64,000 nt of DNA. Origin: a virus. Both the position numbers and the translations under genes were made by a program. A model generated the notes under the pieces. That model had not been told where the DNA came from. It did no database searches and was given only the letters and a program-made list of their open reading frames with translations. The DNA is taken from the IMG/VR virus record IMGVR_UViG_3300045988_005351, positions 1 through 64,000 of that record; one strand, given 5' to 3'. Within the stretch, counting starts at the first letter, position 1. Every line of letters begins with the position of its first letter. Positions 24,975 to 34,248 of the stretch are shown piece after piece.

Positions 24975-27169
24975 AAGTAGTTAAGAGAGACAGAAGTATT
25001 GAGGACTTTAATGTCCAGAAGGTAGTCAATGCAGTCCAGAAGGCATTTGCATCAGTAGGGTGTGAGCTACCTGAGTATCTGAACACAATGATACCTACCT
25101 TATTTGAAGAGGGAGATGTCATTGGTGTAGAGGATATACAGGATAGAGTAGAGCAACTACTGATGAATGACAAGCACTTCAAGGCTGCTAAGTCATATAT
25201 CCTGTATAGAGAGAAGCACAAGCAGGCTAGGTTTATCAAGGAGAGGATTGACTATATGGATAAGTACAGTCAGTCCAATGAGAATGCAGCCACTTCATCA
25301 GAGACAGATGCCAATGCAAATGTCACTATGAAGAATGTAGCTAACCTTGAGGGAGAGGTCTATAAGACCACTAATAGAGTAGTGCAGAGACAAAGGATGA
25401 AGGATGAGCTGAATAAGTTATATCCAGAGGTAGCCAAGCAGTATGAGGAGGATTTGAACCATCATATCATATACACACATGATGAGGCTACTACTCCTGT
25501 GTTGAAGCAGTATTGTATGGCAGTCTCACTATATCCTCTTATGACAGAGGGTGTAGGTAATATAGATGGAATAACTCCTTCTGCTCCTAATGACCTACAG
25601 TCATTCAGTGGGCAAATCACCAACCTTATATTCTTACTCTCATCACAGTGTAAGGGTGCAGTTGCAGTAGGTGAATACTTTATTGCATTGAACTATTATA
25701 TTGTGCAGGAGTTTGGTACTAACTGGTATGAGAAGCTGGATGTAGTGACTACCACAGAGCATTGCAGTAAGCAGAGAACTGTAAGGGATGCTATTTATAA
25801 GGCATTTAAGCAGTTCATCTATGGTGTAAACCAACCTGCTGGTAATAGGTCTTATCAGAGTCCATTCACCAATGTGTCATACTATGACCATACCTACTTC
25901 AACTCTTTGTTCAGTGATTTCTGCTATCCTGATGGTACTAAACCTCAGTGGGAAGCTATAGACTGTCTGCAAAGACTGTTTATGAAATTCTTCAATAAGC
26001 TGAGAACCAAGCAGATACTTACCTTCCCTGTAGAAACTATGGCTATGGTGTATGACCCTAAGACCAATGATATTATAGATAAGGACTATAAGGACTTTAC
26101 TGCTGAGATGTATGCAGAGGGTCATAGCTTCTTTACCTATATATCAGATAGTGCTGATAGTCTTGCATCATGTTGTAGATTGAGGAATGAGCTTGCAGAG
26201 AATACTTTCAATCCTACATCAGGTCTTACTGGTGTTATGACTGGTAGCTGTAATGTTATCACTCTCAACATCAATAGGATTGTACAGGACTGGTTCAAGT
26301 CTATAGGAGGTGTTTATCCTATGGATAGATTATCTACTGACTTTAAGTCCTACCTTACATCCATACTTGAAAGAGTCTATAAGTACCACATTGCCTTCAA
26401 GACAATGCTGTATGACCTTGAGAATAGAGGTATGTTTGCTGCTTCAAATGGTGGATATATCAGAGTGTCAAAGCTATACAGTACCGTAGGTATCAATGGC
26501 TTGAATGAGGCTGCAAGGTTCTTGGGTCTTGAAGTGTCTAATAATAAGGAGTATATTGAGTTCCTGCAACTTGTCCTTGGTACTATTAAGGAACAGAACA
26601 AGTTGCACAGCTGTACTAAGCAGATACATTATACAGACCATTATGGTAAGAAGAATATTACCCTTACCAGGCCATTCTTGTTTAATAGTGAAGTCGTGCC
26701 TGCCGAAGGTCTTGGTGGTAAGAACTATAATTGGGATAAGGAGCAAAATTACTGGGTTCCTAATGATGAGAACTTGTATAACTCTTACTTCTATAATGCC
26801 CATGATAATACATCTGTACTTGATAAGTTCATACTTCATGGAAGACAGACTTACCAATATACTGATGGAGGTAGTGCAGCTCATATCAATCTTGAAGACC
26901 ATTTGAGTAAGGAACAGTATCTCAAGCTGATAGACTTTGCCATAGTCAATGGAACTAATTACTTCACATTTAATATTCCTAATAGTAAGTGTGATGAATG
27001 TGGTTACATTACTAAGCATCCTATCACTGAGTGTCCTAAGTGCCATAGTAAGAACATTACCCAATATACAAGGGTTATAGGATATTTAAGACCAGTGAAG
27101 AGCTTCGGGAAAGATAGACAAATAGAAGCTAACAAAAGAGTTTACAGTAAGGATGTTGAAGTATGCTGA
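24968..27169 (+). CDS. nrdD: anaerobic ribonucleoside-triphosphate reductase
   Basis: N-terminal ATP-cone (VVKRDRSIEDFNVQKV), C-terminal zinc ribbon CDECGY...CPKCHS and glycyl-radical loop TRVIGYLRPV. Confidence 0.85.
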   Translation: MLKVVKRDRSIEDFNVQKVVNAVQKAFASVGCELPEYLNTMIPTLFEEGDVIGVEDIQDRVEQLLMNDKHFKAAKSYILYREKHKQARFIKERIDYMDKYSQSNENAATSSETDANANVTMKNVANLEGEVYKTTNRVVQRQRMKDELNKLYPEVAKQYEEDLNHHIIYTHDEATTPVLKQYCMAVSLYPLMTEGVGNIDGITPSAPNDLQSFSGQITNLIFLLSSQCKGAVAVGEYFIALNYYIVQEFGTNWYEKLDVVTTTEHCSKQRTVRDAIYKAFKQFIYGVNQPAGNRSYQSPFTNVSYYDHTYFNSLFSDFCYPDGTKPQWEAIDCLQRLFMKFFNKLRTKQILTFPVETMAMVYDPKTNDIIDKDYKDFTAEMYAEGHSFFTYISDSADSLASCCRLRNELAENTFNPTSGLTGVMTGSCNVITLNINRIVQDWFKSIGGVYPMDRLSTDFKSYLTSILERVYKYHIAFKTMLYDLENRGMFAASNGGYIRVSKLYSTVGINGLNEAARFLGLEVSNNKEYIEFLQLVLGTIKEQNKLHSCTKQIHYTDHYGKKNITLTRPFLFNSEVVPAEGLGGKNYNWDKEQNYWVPNDENLYNSYFYNAHDNTSVLDKFILHGRQTYQYTDGGSAAHINLEDHLSKEQYLKLIDFAIVNGTNYFTFNIPNSKCDECGYITKHPITECPKCHSKNITQYTRVIGYLRPVKSFGKDRQIEANKRVYSKDVEVC

Positions 27170-27614
27170 TACTAAGGTAGTCTTTGCAGAGATACCTGAT
27201 GAAATAACTCTTGCTATCAATATAAGTGGCTGCCCTTGTAACTGCAAGGGTTGCCACTCTTCTTATTTAGCAGAAGACATTGGCAACCCATTGAATAAGA
27301 CATCCCTAAGTGAACTCTTGGAAGATAACAAGGGAATATCTTGTGTGTCTTTCATGGGTGGTGATAGGGACACTATACATATAGTAGCTTTGGCAAGTTG
27401 GGTGAAAACTCATACTAACTTAAAGGTTGCATGGTATAGTGGTAGACAGGAGCTTAATGATTCGGTGAAAAGACAACTAAGGTGGTTTGATTATATAAAA
27501 CTCGGTCCATATATAGAGGAACTGGGTCCATTGAGTAGCAGGACTACCAACCAAAGACTCTATAGAGTAGAGAAAGAAGTGTTAATAGATATAACAAATA
27601 AGTTTTGGAAATGA
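27153..27614 (+). CDS. nrdG: anaerobic RNR activating enzyme (radical SAM)
   Basis: The radical-SAM triad CPCNCKGC fits the CxxxCxxC cluster; immediately downstream of nrdD with overlap. Confidence 0.75.
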   Translation: MLKYADTKVVFAEIPDEITLAINISGCPCNCKGCHSSYLAEDIGNPLNKTSLSELLEDNKGISCVSFMGGDRDTIHIVALASWVKTHTNLKVAWYSGRQELNDSVKRQLRWFDYIKLGPYIEELGPLSSRTTNQRLYRVEKEVLIDITNKFWK

Positions 27615-28078
27615 AGATAAAAGTAAAAGAAATAACTGAGGGGTGCTTCCCTGTAAGGTCTAATGGTTCAGCATCAGACTGTTATGACCTGTTCCTTGCA
27701 GAGGATGTAACACTCAAGAAAGGTGAAATATATGTAGCCAAGCTGGGAGTAGCTATGGAGATGCCTAAAGGTATCATAGCTAGAGTATATAGCAGAAGCA
27801 GCTCTCCCAGTAAGTTAGGTATAGGAGTAGCCAATGGGTTAGGATTCATTGATACTGTCTATTGTGGAGACAATGATGAGTGGAAGTGTCCTATCATAGC
27901 ATATAAGGATGTCACTATACCTAAGGGTACAAGGATATGCCAGTTTGAGGTAGCCCCCTCCCAGTTTGCCAAATGGTATCATAAGCTGAGATGGCTATTA
28001 ACTACTCCTCTTCTGGAGCAGGTTGACCACCTTGGTAATGTTGATAGAGGAGGTATTGGGACTACTGGTACTAATTAA
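27611..28078 (+). CDS. dut: dUTPase
   Basis: ATGA overlap with nrdG. Motifs RSSSPSKLGI, GFIDTVYCGD and the C-terminal DRGGIGTTG. Confidence 0.75.
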   Translation: MKIKVKEITEGCFPVRSNGSASDCYDLFLAEDVTLKKGEIYVAKLGVAMEMPKGIIARVYSRSSSPSKLGIGVANGLGFIDTVYCGDNDEWKCPIIAYKDVTIPKGTRICQFEVAPSQFAKWYHKLRWLLTTPLLEQVDHLGNVDRGGIGTTGTN

Positions 28079-28092
28079 AACAAGTATAGAAT

Positions 28093-28593
28093 ATGGAATT
28101 TGTATTGAAAATAGTGTTTGTATTGCTACTAGTAGTCATTGCTGCCATAGTAGCACATTTCGTTGATTTGGCTAGGAAGAAAACTTCCTATGATAGTATG
28201 TCTTTTAGAGAGATTATGGACTTGACAGGTTTACCTATAGTAACTTTCAAGCAAGGAGAGAATAAGTTTAACTTTGTCTTAGATACTGGTGCATTCAGTT
28301 CTATCATAGACTCAAGAGTACTTAACAAGCTGCAATATACAGAGCTTGAGGGTAAGTCTGTGGGTTATGGTGTTGATGGTGTAGAGCATCATATGGATAG
28401 GGTAGGTATAGTGCTTACCTATAAGAACAAAGACTACTCTGATGCTTTTAGAGTGCTTGATATGTCAGCATCATTTGATGCACTCAAGAGAGATTATGGA
28501 GTTACTGTGCATGGCTTGTTGTCCAGTGCTTTCTTTGAAAGGTATAAGTATGTATTGAACTACAATGAACTGGTAGCTTATTCTATGGTATGA
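28093..28593 (+). CDS. membrane-anchored retropepsin-like aspartic protease
   Basis: N-terminal helix IVFVLLLVVIAAIVAHFV, catalytic FVLDTGAFSSIID (DTGA) and a downstream HGLLSSAFF block (GxLGxDFL-like). Confidence 0.5.
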   Translation: MEFVLKIVFVLLLVVIAAIVAHFVDLARKKTSYDSMSFREIMDLTGLPIVTFKQGENKFNFVLDTGAFSSIIDSRVLNKLQYTELEGKSVGYGVDGVEHHMDRVGIVLTYKNKDYSDAFRVLDMSASFDALKRDYGVTVHGLLSSAFFERYKYVLNYNELVAYSMV

Positions 28594-28859
28594 AAGACTT
28601 GATTAAACTTAAGCCAAGAAGCTATGAGGAGAACTACTTGAAGAAGCTAAAGAAACCTGATGGTTCAGAGTCAAAGACTTATGTACTCAAGGTACCTACT
28701 CCCTATCTTAGATGTGGGGAAGTGGAAGGAGGCAGAAAGTTCATTGACCTATCAGGGGGTCCTATGATTGTAGTAGGTGCTTATCTTGAGGAAGCTGAGG
28801 CAGTAGTCAAATCAATAGACTTCACTGTAGGTTATGGCTACACTATAACATTTGAGTAA
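28590..28859 (+). CDS. hypothetical protein (89 aa)
   Basis: ATGA-coupled ORF. Confidence 0.45.
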   Translation: MKDLIKLKPRSYEENYLKKLKKPDGSESKTYVLKVPTPYLRCGEVEGGRKFIDLSGGPMIVVGAYLEEAEAVVKSIDFTVGYGYTITFE

Positions 28860-30980
28860 TGGATGAGTGGTTTGAAGAAGGAAAGCATGAAGCTATCAAG
28901 TACTATGGTGAGCAGATATACTATGTGTCTGGAGTTGCAAACTTATTTAGTGATGCAGAGATAGGATGTCCTTATAAGAATATATCAGTAAGGGAATCAC
29001 TGGAGCTTCTCAGTACACTAAAGGTTGTAGGATTGGATAGTGAGACTAGAGGTACAGAGATATGGCAAGGTCAGCTGCTGTTACTTCAATTAGGTAACAA
29101 GCACTTTCAAGTAGTCATTGACTGTACCACTGTAGATGTCAAGCTATACAAGGAGTTCCTTGAGAGTGATAGGCTTTTCATAATTCATAATGCCAAGTTT
29201 GACCTAAGATGGTTATATAAGGAGGGTATTGTAATCAGAAATGTATTTGATACTTTCCTTGCAGAGAAGATACTGTTCCTGGGATTTCCACCAGGAATAG
29301 TGTCACTCAGCTTGCAGGCTTGTTGTGACAGGTATCTTAATGTCTACCTTGACAAGACAGTCAGAGGTAAGATTAACTATGGTGTCACTGATGAGGTAAT
29401 AATCTATTCAGCCAATGATGTTGTGTTCCTTGAAGATGTCATGGAAGCACAGTTAAAGCAGATAGAGGCTAGAGGTCAGAGAGTTGCCTTAGAGATAGAG
29501 AACAGGTTTGTGAGAGTATTGGCTTATATTGAGTTCTGTGGTATAAGGCTTGACATTGAAAGGTGGAAAGCCAAGATGGTTAAGGATGCTGAAAGACTGA
29601 GAGAAGCAGAGCAGAAACTCAATGATTGGGTTGTAGAGTATGTGATGTCCAAAGGAGACACAGATGCTATAGCCTATGATGTTCAGACTAAGGGAGGAAA
29701 GGTAAAGAGAGCTAAGGGTACTGTAGGTAAGTATGTTGCCATAGACCCGCAGCAGAACCTCTTTGAGGAGAACAAGCCAAGATGTATCATTAACTGGAAC
29801 AGTAACAAGCAGGTTATACCATTGTTTGAGGAGTTAGGGTTCAATGTATGGGCTAAAGACAAGAAGACTGGAAAGATGAAGAAGTCAGTAGACTCAAAGC
29901 TGCTTAAACAGCAGTTGGATAAGAGTCCTCTGGCTAAGTTATATCTTGATTACTCTGGTGAGTTCAAGGTAGTTACTTCATTTGGTCAGAACTTCTTGGA
30001 TGCAGTCAATCCTGTTACAGGGAGAATACACCCTACATTCAATCAGATGATGGACACTGGCAGGTTGAGTTGTGGTAAAGGAGGAAAGAAAGGTGGAGGT
30101 AAGACTAAGGATGATGACTTTGCTGAGGAAGAGCAGACTGAGCAGGATGCTGATGTTATCATAGCAGTAGATAAGAGTGTGAATGTTCAGCAGTTGCCAT
30201 CTGATGCAGAGACTAGAGCTTGCTTCATACCTGATAGAGACCATATGTTAGTTGATTGTGATTATGGAGACCAAGAAGGTCATGTCTTTACTGAGCTAAG
30301 TCAGGATAAGGCATGGATTGATTTCTATAATGACCCCAATGAGAGAGATGGTCACTCCTTTGTAGCCAAGATGATATTCTCTGATGAGCTAAAGGATATA
30401 CCAGAGAAGGAAGTAAAGAAGAAGAGGAAAGACTTGAGGGATGCTGCTAAGCCAGCTAGGTTCACATTTAATTATAATGGAACAGCCAATGCTCTAGCAG
30501 CTAACACAGGTAAGTCTCTTGAGTTCTGTGAGTTATGCTTTAAGAAGTATTTCTCAGCATTCAAAGGTATAGCCAGCTACTTTAGGGTAAGTAAGGCTAA
30601 TATGTGGAAAAGAGGTTATATCCTAATCTCAAAGTACACTGGATTGAGAGCTTACATCTATGACTATCCTATACTGAAAGGCATAGAGAGAAGAATCAAG
30701 GGAATGGGTCAGGAGTTCTGGGATTCCTATAGGAAAGCCAGAGACTCTGGTCAAGTCATTGATGATGTCCCTGTTGTGGTTCTTCAACAGATGGCAAGGA
30801 AGTTTGCCAATGGAGAGCCTATGGAGGCTATTGCTATAAGGTATGAGTATAAGGTCAAGAAGGGTAAGAAGATTGAGACAAAGTATATAGACATTAACAG
30901 GGAGACTGTATTGATTAAACTCTGGAAGCATCTGGCAAAGAGGAGGTCATCATCTGAGAATCAGTCCTGTAACTATCCCT
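28859..30980 (+). CDS. family A DNA polymerase, exon 1 (3'-5' exonuclease + palm/fingers to motif B)
   Basis: Exo I VGLDSET, Exo II HNAKFDLRWL, Exo III YSANDVVFL, motif A LVDCDYGDQEGHVF, motif B RDAAKPARFTFNYNGT. Homology ends at ...ENQSCNYP; the unspliced frame adds unrelated LIVGAYSGDII-stop. Confidence 0.75.
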
Positions 30981-31204
30981 TAATTGTGGGGGCATATAGT
31001 GGTGACATTATATGAAAACTCAGTGAATTGCTGGAAGGCTAAGGAGAAATCTATGCTAATCAGCAGCCAAGACTTGTAGAAATGCAAGTAAGGTTCAGAG
31101 ACTAATCAAAGTAAGCTAAGGAGAAATCTATGCTGAAATGGGCAAGAGTGCTGAGTATCTCTTAATTATTTATTTACCCTATTGGACAATTAAGAAATAA
31201 TTTG

Positions 31205-31212
31205 TATCTTTG
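31205..31212 (+). promoter_or_regulatory. Bacteroides-type -7 box TAtcTTTG ahead of the HNH ORF
   Basis: Exact TAnnTTTG match 25 nt upstream of the ATG at 31238. Confidence 0.3.
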
Positions 31213-31237
31213 TACTATAAATTAAAGATAACAAATT

Positions 31238-31813
31238 ATGAAGAGATGTTCAAGTTGTGGTAAGTTAAAGGATGAATCAGAGTTTTATCATTATAAGTCA
31301 TCAAAGGATGGCTTGACTCACCAGTGTAAGCAATGTATGTCTGAATATAGGGCTTCTAAAAGAGAGCATTATAAAGAGTATATGGCTTATAGGAGAGAGG
31401 TGGATAATGAAACTATAAAAGCTAATAGGAGAAAGCATTATAGGAATCATCCTGAGAGTAGAATGTTAATGGCAGCCAAGCAAAGAGCTAAGAATCAAGG
31501 ATTAGAATTTAACTTGACTATAGATGATATAGTCATCCCTGATAAATGCCCTTTGTTAGAAGTTCCTTTTGTTGCTGGAGAAAAAGGTAATTATGAATAT
31601 ACACCCTCCCTTGATAGAATAGACCCTACTAAGGGATATATTAAAGGGAATGTATGGGTAATTACTAAAAGAGCAAATACAATGAAGAATAATGCAACAA
31701 GGGAGGAATTATTAAAGTTTGCTGATAACATCTATAAATATTTTGGAGATAATGATATAGTCCAACCTATTGAGAAATCAATAGAACTACAGGATAAAGA
31801 GCCTGTAGGGTAA
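31238..31813 (+). CDS. HNH-family homing endonuclease
   Basis: N-terminal Cys4 cluster (CSSCG...CKQC). C-terminal SLDRIDPTKGYIKGNVWVITKRANTMKNN is a typical phage HNH core. Confidence 0.7.
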   Translation: MKRCSSCGKLKDESEFYHYKSSKDGLTHQCKQCMSEYRASKREHYKEYMAYRREVDNETIKANRRKHYRNHPESRMLMAAKQRAKNQGLEFNLTIDDIVIPDKCPLLEVPFVAGEKGNYEYTPSLDRIDPTKGYIKGNVWVITKRANTMKNNATREELLKFADNIYKYFGDNDIVQPIEKSIELQDKEPVG

Positions 31814-31822
31814 TAAATATTG

Positions 31823-32076
31823 CACAAGGTACAGCAGCAGCTATGACTAAGATTGCTGGTATAATGTACTTTGATTACTTGGTAGAGTCGGGATTGATAT
31901 TCAAGGTATTGATACCTAATGATGTCCATGATGAGTATCTGATAGAGCCACCTGCTGATATAGCTGAACAGGAAGCTAGGAAACTTAGTGAATGTATGGA
32001 AGCATCAGCAGCTATGTTCTGTCAGTCAGTTAAGATTAAGGCAGTTCCTGAAATTGCAACTCATTGGGTACATTAA
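31823..32076 (+). CDS. family A DNA polymerase, exon 2 (motif C)
   Basis: The frame is open upstream of the ORF-track ATG. ...QGTAAAMTKIAGIMYFDYLVESGLIFKVLIPNDVHDEYLIE contains the motif C HDE. Confidence 0.7.
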
Positions 32077-32079
32077 GAT

Positions 32080-32382
32080 ATGGAAGCATGGAAGATAGCT
32101 ATTCCTATAGTAGTGCTTATACTGTGTTCTATAGGTGCATGGTATGCAATAAAGCTAAGGTGGAAAGAGCTGAGAGACAGAATGTATGTATATCCTAAGA
32201 ATGGTCATCAATATATGCCACTATTCAGGTGCAGGATGAAATGTCCTGCATCTGGTGAGTGGTTTGATGCACTAATCTATCAGGATTATAATACTAAGCA
32301 CTTGTATGTCAGAGATAAGAAGGATTTCTTTGACAAGTTTGTCAAACTAAAAGATTATGAGAATGGAAACAACAGTAAATAA
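32080..32382 (+). CDS. membrane-anchored hypothetical protein (100 aa)
   Basis: N-terminal helix IAIPIVVLILCSIGAWYAI. Confidence 0.45.
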   Translation: MEAWKIAIPIVVLILCSIGAWYAIKLRWKELRDRMYVYPKNGHQYMPLFRCRMKCPASGEWFDALIYQDYNTKHLYVRDKKDFFDKFVKLKDYENGNNSK

Positions 32383-32794
32383 AGAATATCAGAAGCTTAT
32401 TGACATAATTAGGTCAGTAAGGGATATGGCTAGTCTTAGTCCTGAGATGAGTACTAGATTAAAGACAGCAGAACAAGGTCTTGCAAGTCTAGGTTCCAGA
32501 CCTATACTTGAAGAGAATGTGCAGAGATTCATGGATATAACTACTAATATGGCTAAGACCTATGCAGCTAAGAACCATGATTATGGCAATTCATTTGAGC
32601 AATCCTGTAATAAGTTTGGTATCATAGCAGCAATAGTCAGAATGGGTGACAAGATGAACAGGCTTGAATCTTTAGTTGTTAAAAGGGCAGAAGTAAAGGA
32701 TGAGTCTATCAAAGATACCCTTCTGGACCTTGCTAACTATGCTATAATGACTGTAATGTGGTTAGATGGAGAGAAAGATTTACAAGCAACTTGA
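32357..32794 (+). CDS. DUF1599/MazG-like all-alpha nucleotide pyrophosphohydrolase-type protein
   Basis: AAKNHDYGNSFEQS...VRMGDKMNRL resembles the K-x-x-DYG ... DK-x-x-R blocks of DUF1599; recalled, not searched. Confidence 0.45.
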   Translation: MRMETTVNKEYQKLIDIIRSVRDMASLSPEMSTRLKTAEQGLASLGSRPILEENVQRFMDITTNMAKTYAAKNHDYGNSFEQSCNKFGIIAAIVRMGDKMNRLESLVVKRAEVKDESIKDTLLDLANYAIMTVMWLDGEKDLQAT

Positions 32795-32981
32795 TATAGA
32801 TACCTTCAATAAGGTAGCTCTTGAGTTCAGATTGAAGCAAGCTGTAAAGGCTAAGCTTATTGGTCAAGGATTCACTCTTAGTGAAATCTATGGAGATTCA
32901 GAATATATAAGAGCTTATGATAACTTCTTGAGGTACTTAGAGAATAATAACATGATTCAAATAATTGAGATAGAATGGTAA
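32766..32981 (+). CDS. hypothetical protein (71 aa)
   Basis: ATG ORF in the gene train. Confidence 0.4.
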   Translation: MERKIYKQLDIDTFNKVALEFRLKQAVKAKLIGQGFTLSEIYGDSEYIRAYDNFLRYLENNNMIQIIEIEW

Positions 32982-33397
32982 TAGCAGTAGATTTCGATGG
33001 GACTTGTGTGACACATGAGTTCCCTAAAGTAGGTAAAGATATAGGTGCTGTACCTGTATTAAAGAAGCTTGTAGAAAAAGGTCATCAGATTATCCTTCAT
33101 ACTATGAGAAGTCATCCCGACAAGGATAATCAGGGTAAAACTCTTAGTGGGGAAACCATTTCTAATGACACTCTTCAAGATGCTATTGACTGGTTCAAGG
33201 AGAATAATATCCCCTTGTTAGGAGTGAATGAGAATCCTACTCAAAAGAGATGGGCTTCCTCACCCAAAATATTTGCTCATCTGTATATAGATGATGCAGC
33301 TCTTGGAGTACCACTTAAGATAGACTCACTAAGTCCTAGAGCTTATGTGGATTGGGAGAAAGTGTTGAACTGGCTAGTATTAAATGGAATAGTATGA
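32975..33397 (+). CDS. HAD-superfamily phosphatase
   Basis: N-terminal VIAVDFDGTCV (DxDxT nucleophile motif), later HTMRS and YIDDAA blocks. Confidence 0.55.
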   Translation: MVIAVDFDGTCVTHEFPKVGKDIGAVPVLKKLVEKGHQIILHTMRSHPDKDNQGKTLSGETISNDTLQDAIDWFKENNIPLLGVNENPTQKRWASSPKIFAHLYIDDAALGVPLKIDSLSPRAYVDWEKVLNWLVLNGIV

Positions 33398-33705
33398 CAC
33401 AGGGAGGAATTTATGCAGCACCTTGTCAGACTGCCCCTAACAGAGATAGGGTAGATACAAGTGTGGTTGCTTGTAAAGAGATGAGACTCTGGATTGTAGA
33501 GTTCAGTATTAAGGATATAGGTAATGGATGTGCAGTTGTAAAGGCTGATAATCCTAAGCAAGCTGAGGTACTATTGAAGACTCAAGGTACATTCAATGGC
33601 TTGCCCCACCTGTATAGTATCACTCGTATAGAGGAGATTATACCTTCACCTGACTCTATGTTAATCTGTGAGCAGTTAGCAACCAATGTAAAAGATTTGA
33701 ATTGA
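33394..33705 (+). CDS. hypothetical protein (103 aa)
   Basis: ATGA overlap with the upstream stop (the ORF-track start 33352 is TTG). Confidence 0.4.
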   Translation: MTQGGIYAAPCQTAPNRDRVDTSVVACKEMRLWIVEFSIKDIGNGCAVVKADNPKQAEVLLKTQGTFNGLPHLYSITRIEEIIPSPDSMLICEQLATNVKDLN

Positions 33706-33706
33706 C

Positions 33707-34246
33707 ATGGACAAGAAGTTAAGATTACTCTTAACTACTAGGTGTCCTAATAAATGTCCCATGTGTTGTAATAACTCATGGGACTTTTCACGACTGCCAG
33801 TAGTTGAGAGATGGGACTATGAGCAGATAATGTTCACTGGAGGTGAGCCTCTGCTCTATCTTGATAAACTATGTGGATTAGCAGACTCAATAAGAGCTAT
33901 CACTTCTGCTATGGGTACAGAACCAAAGCTCTATGTATATACAGCTTTGTGTGACTGGATGAAACTCAACAGGGTGATTGACCATGTAGATGGTATAGTA
34001 CTCACTCCTCATAGTAAAGAGAGTGCAGAAGCATTCAAGAAGTTCAATGAACTGGTCAATGCCAGTACTGTCCTAGTTAATAATCCACTTGAGGGTAAGT
34101 CGCTCAGACTTAACTTGTTTCCTGATATTAAGGAGTATCTTAAAGATGAAGACCTTTCAGGATGGCAAGTGAAGGATATGCAGTGGATTAAAGACTGCCC
34201 AGTACCTGAGGGTGAGGACTTTAGAAGGGTTGCATTACTTTGGTAG
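33707..34246 (+). CDS. small radical SAM protein (179 aa)
   Basis: CPNKCPMC is a CxxxCxxC cluster followed by FTGGEPLLY; a second rSAM gene distinct from nrdG. Confidence 0.6.
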   Translation: MDKKLRLLLTTRCPNKCPMCCNNSWDFSRLPVVERWDYEQIMFTGGEPLLYLDKLCGLADSIRAITSAMGTEPKLYVYTALCDWMKLNRVIDHVDGIVLTPHSKESAEAFKKFNELVNASTVLVNNPLEGKSLRLNLFPDIKEYLKDEDLSGWQVKDMQWIKDCPVPEGEDFRRVALLW

Positions 34247-34248
34247 GT

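Larger units (their letters stand above)
30981..31822 (+). mobile_element. group I intron carrying an HNH endonuclease ORF
   Basis: P1 with U-G at the 5' splice site (cccu 30977-30980 pairs with gggg 30988-30991). R-like gttcagagacta (31093-31104) and S-like aatgatatagtcc (31751-31763). Terminal G at 31822 (alternative 31810). Splicing gives N-Y-P-S-Q-G-T-A-A-A, matching NxPxQGTAAD. Confidence 0.65.
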
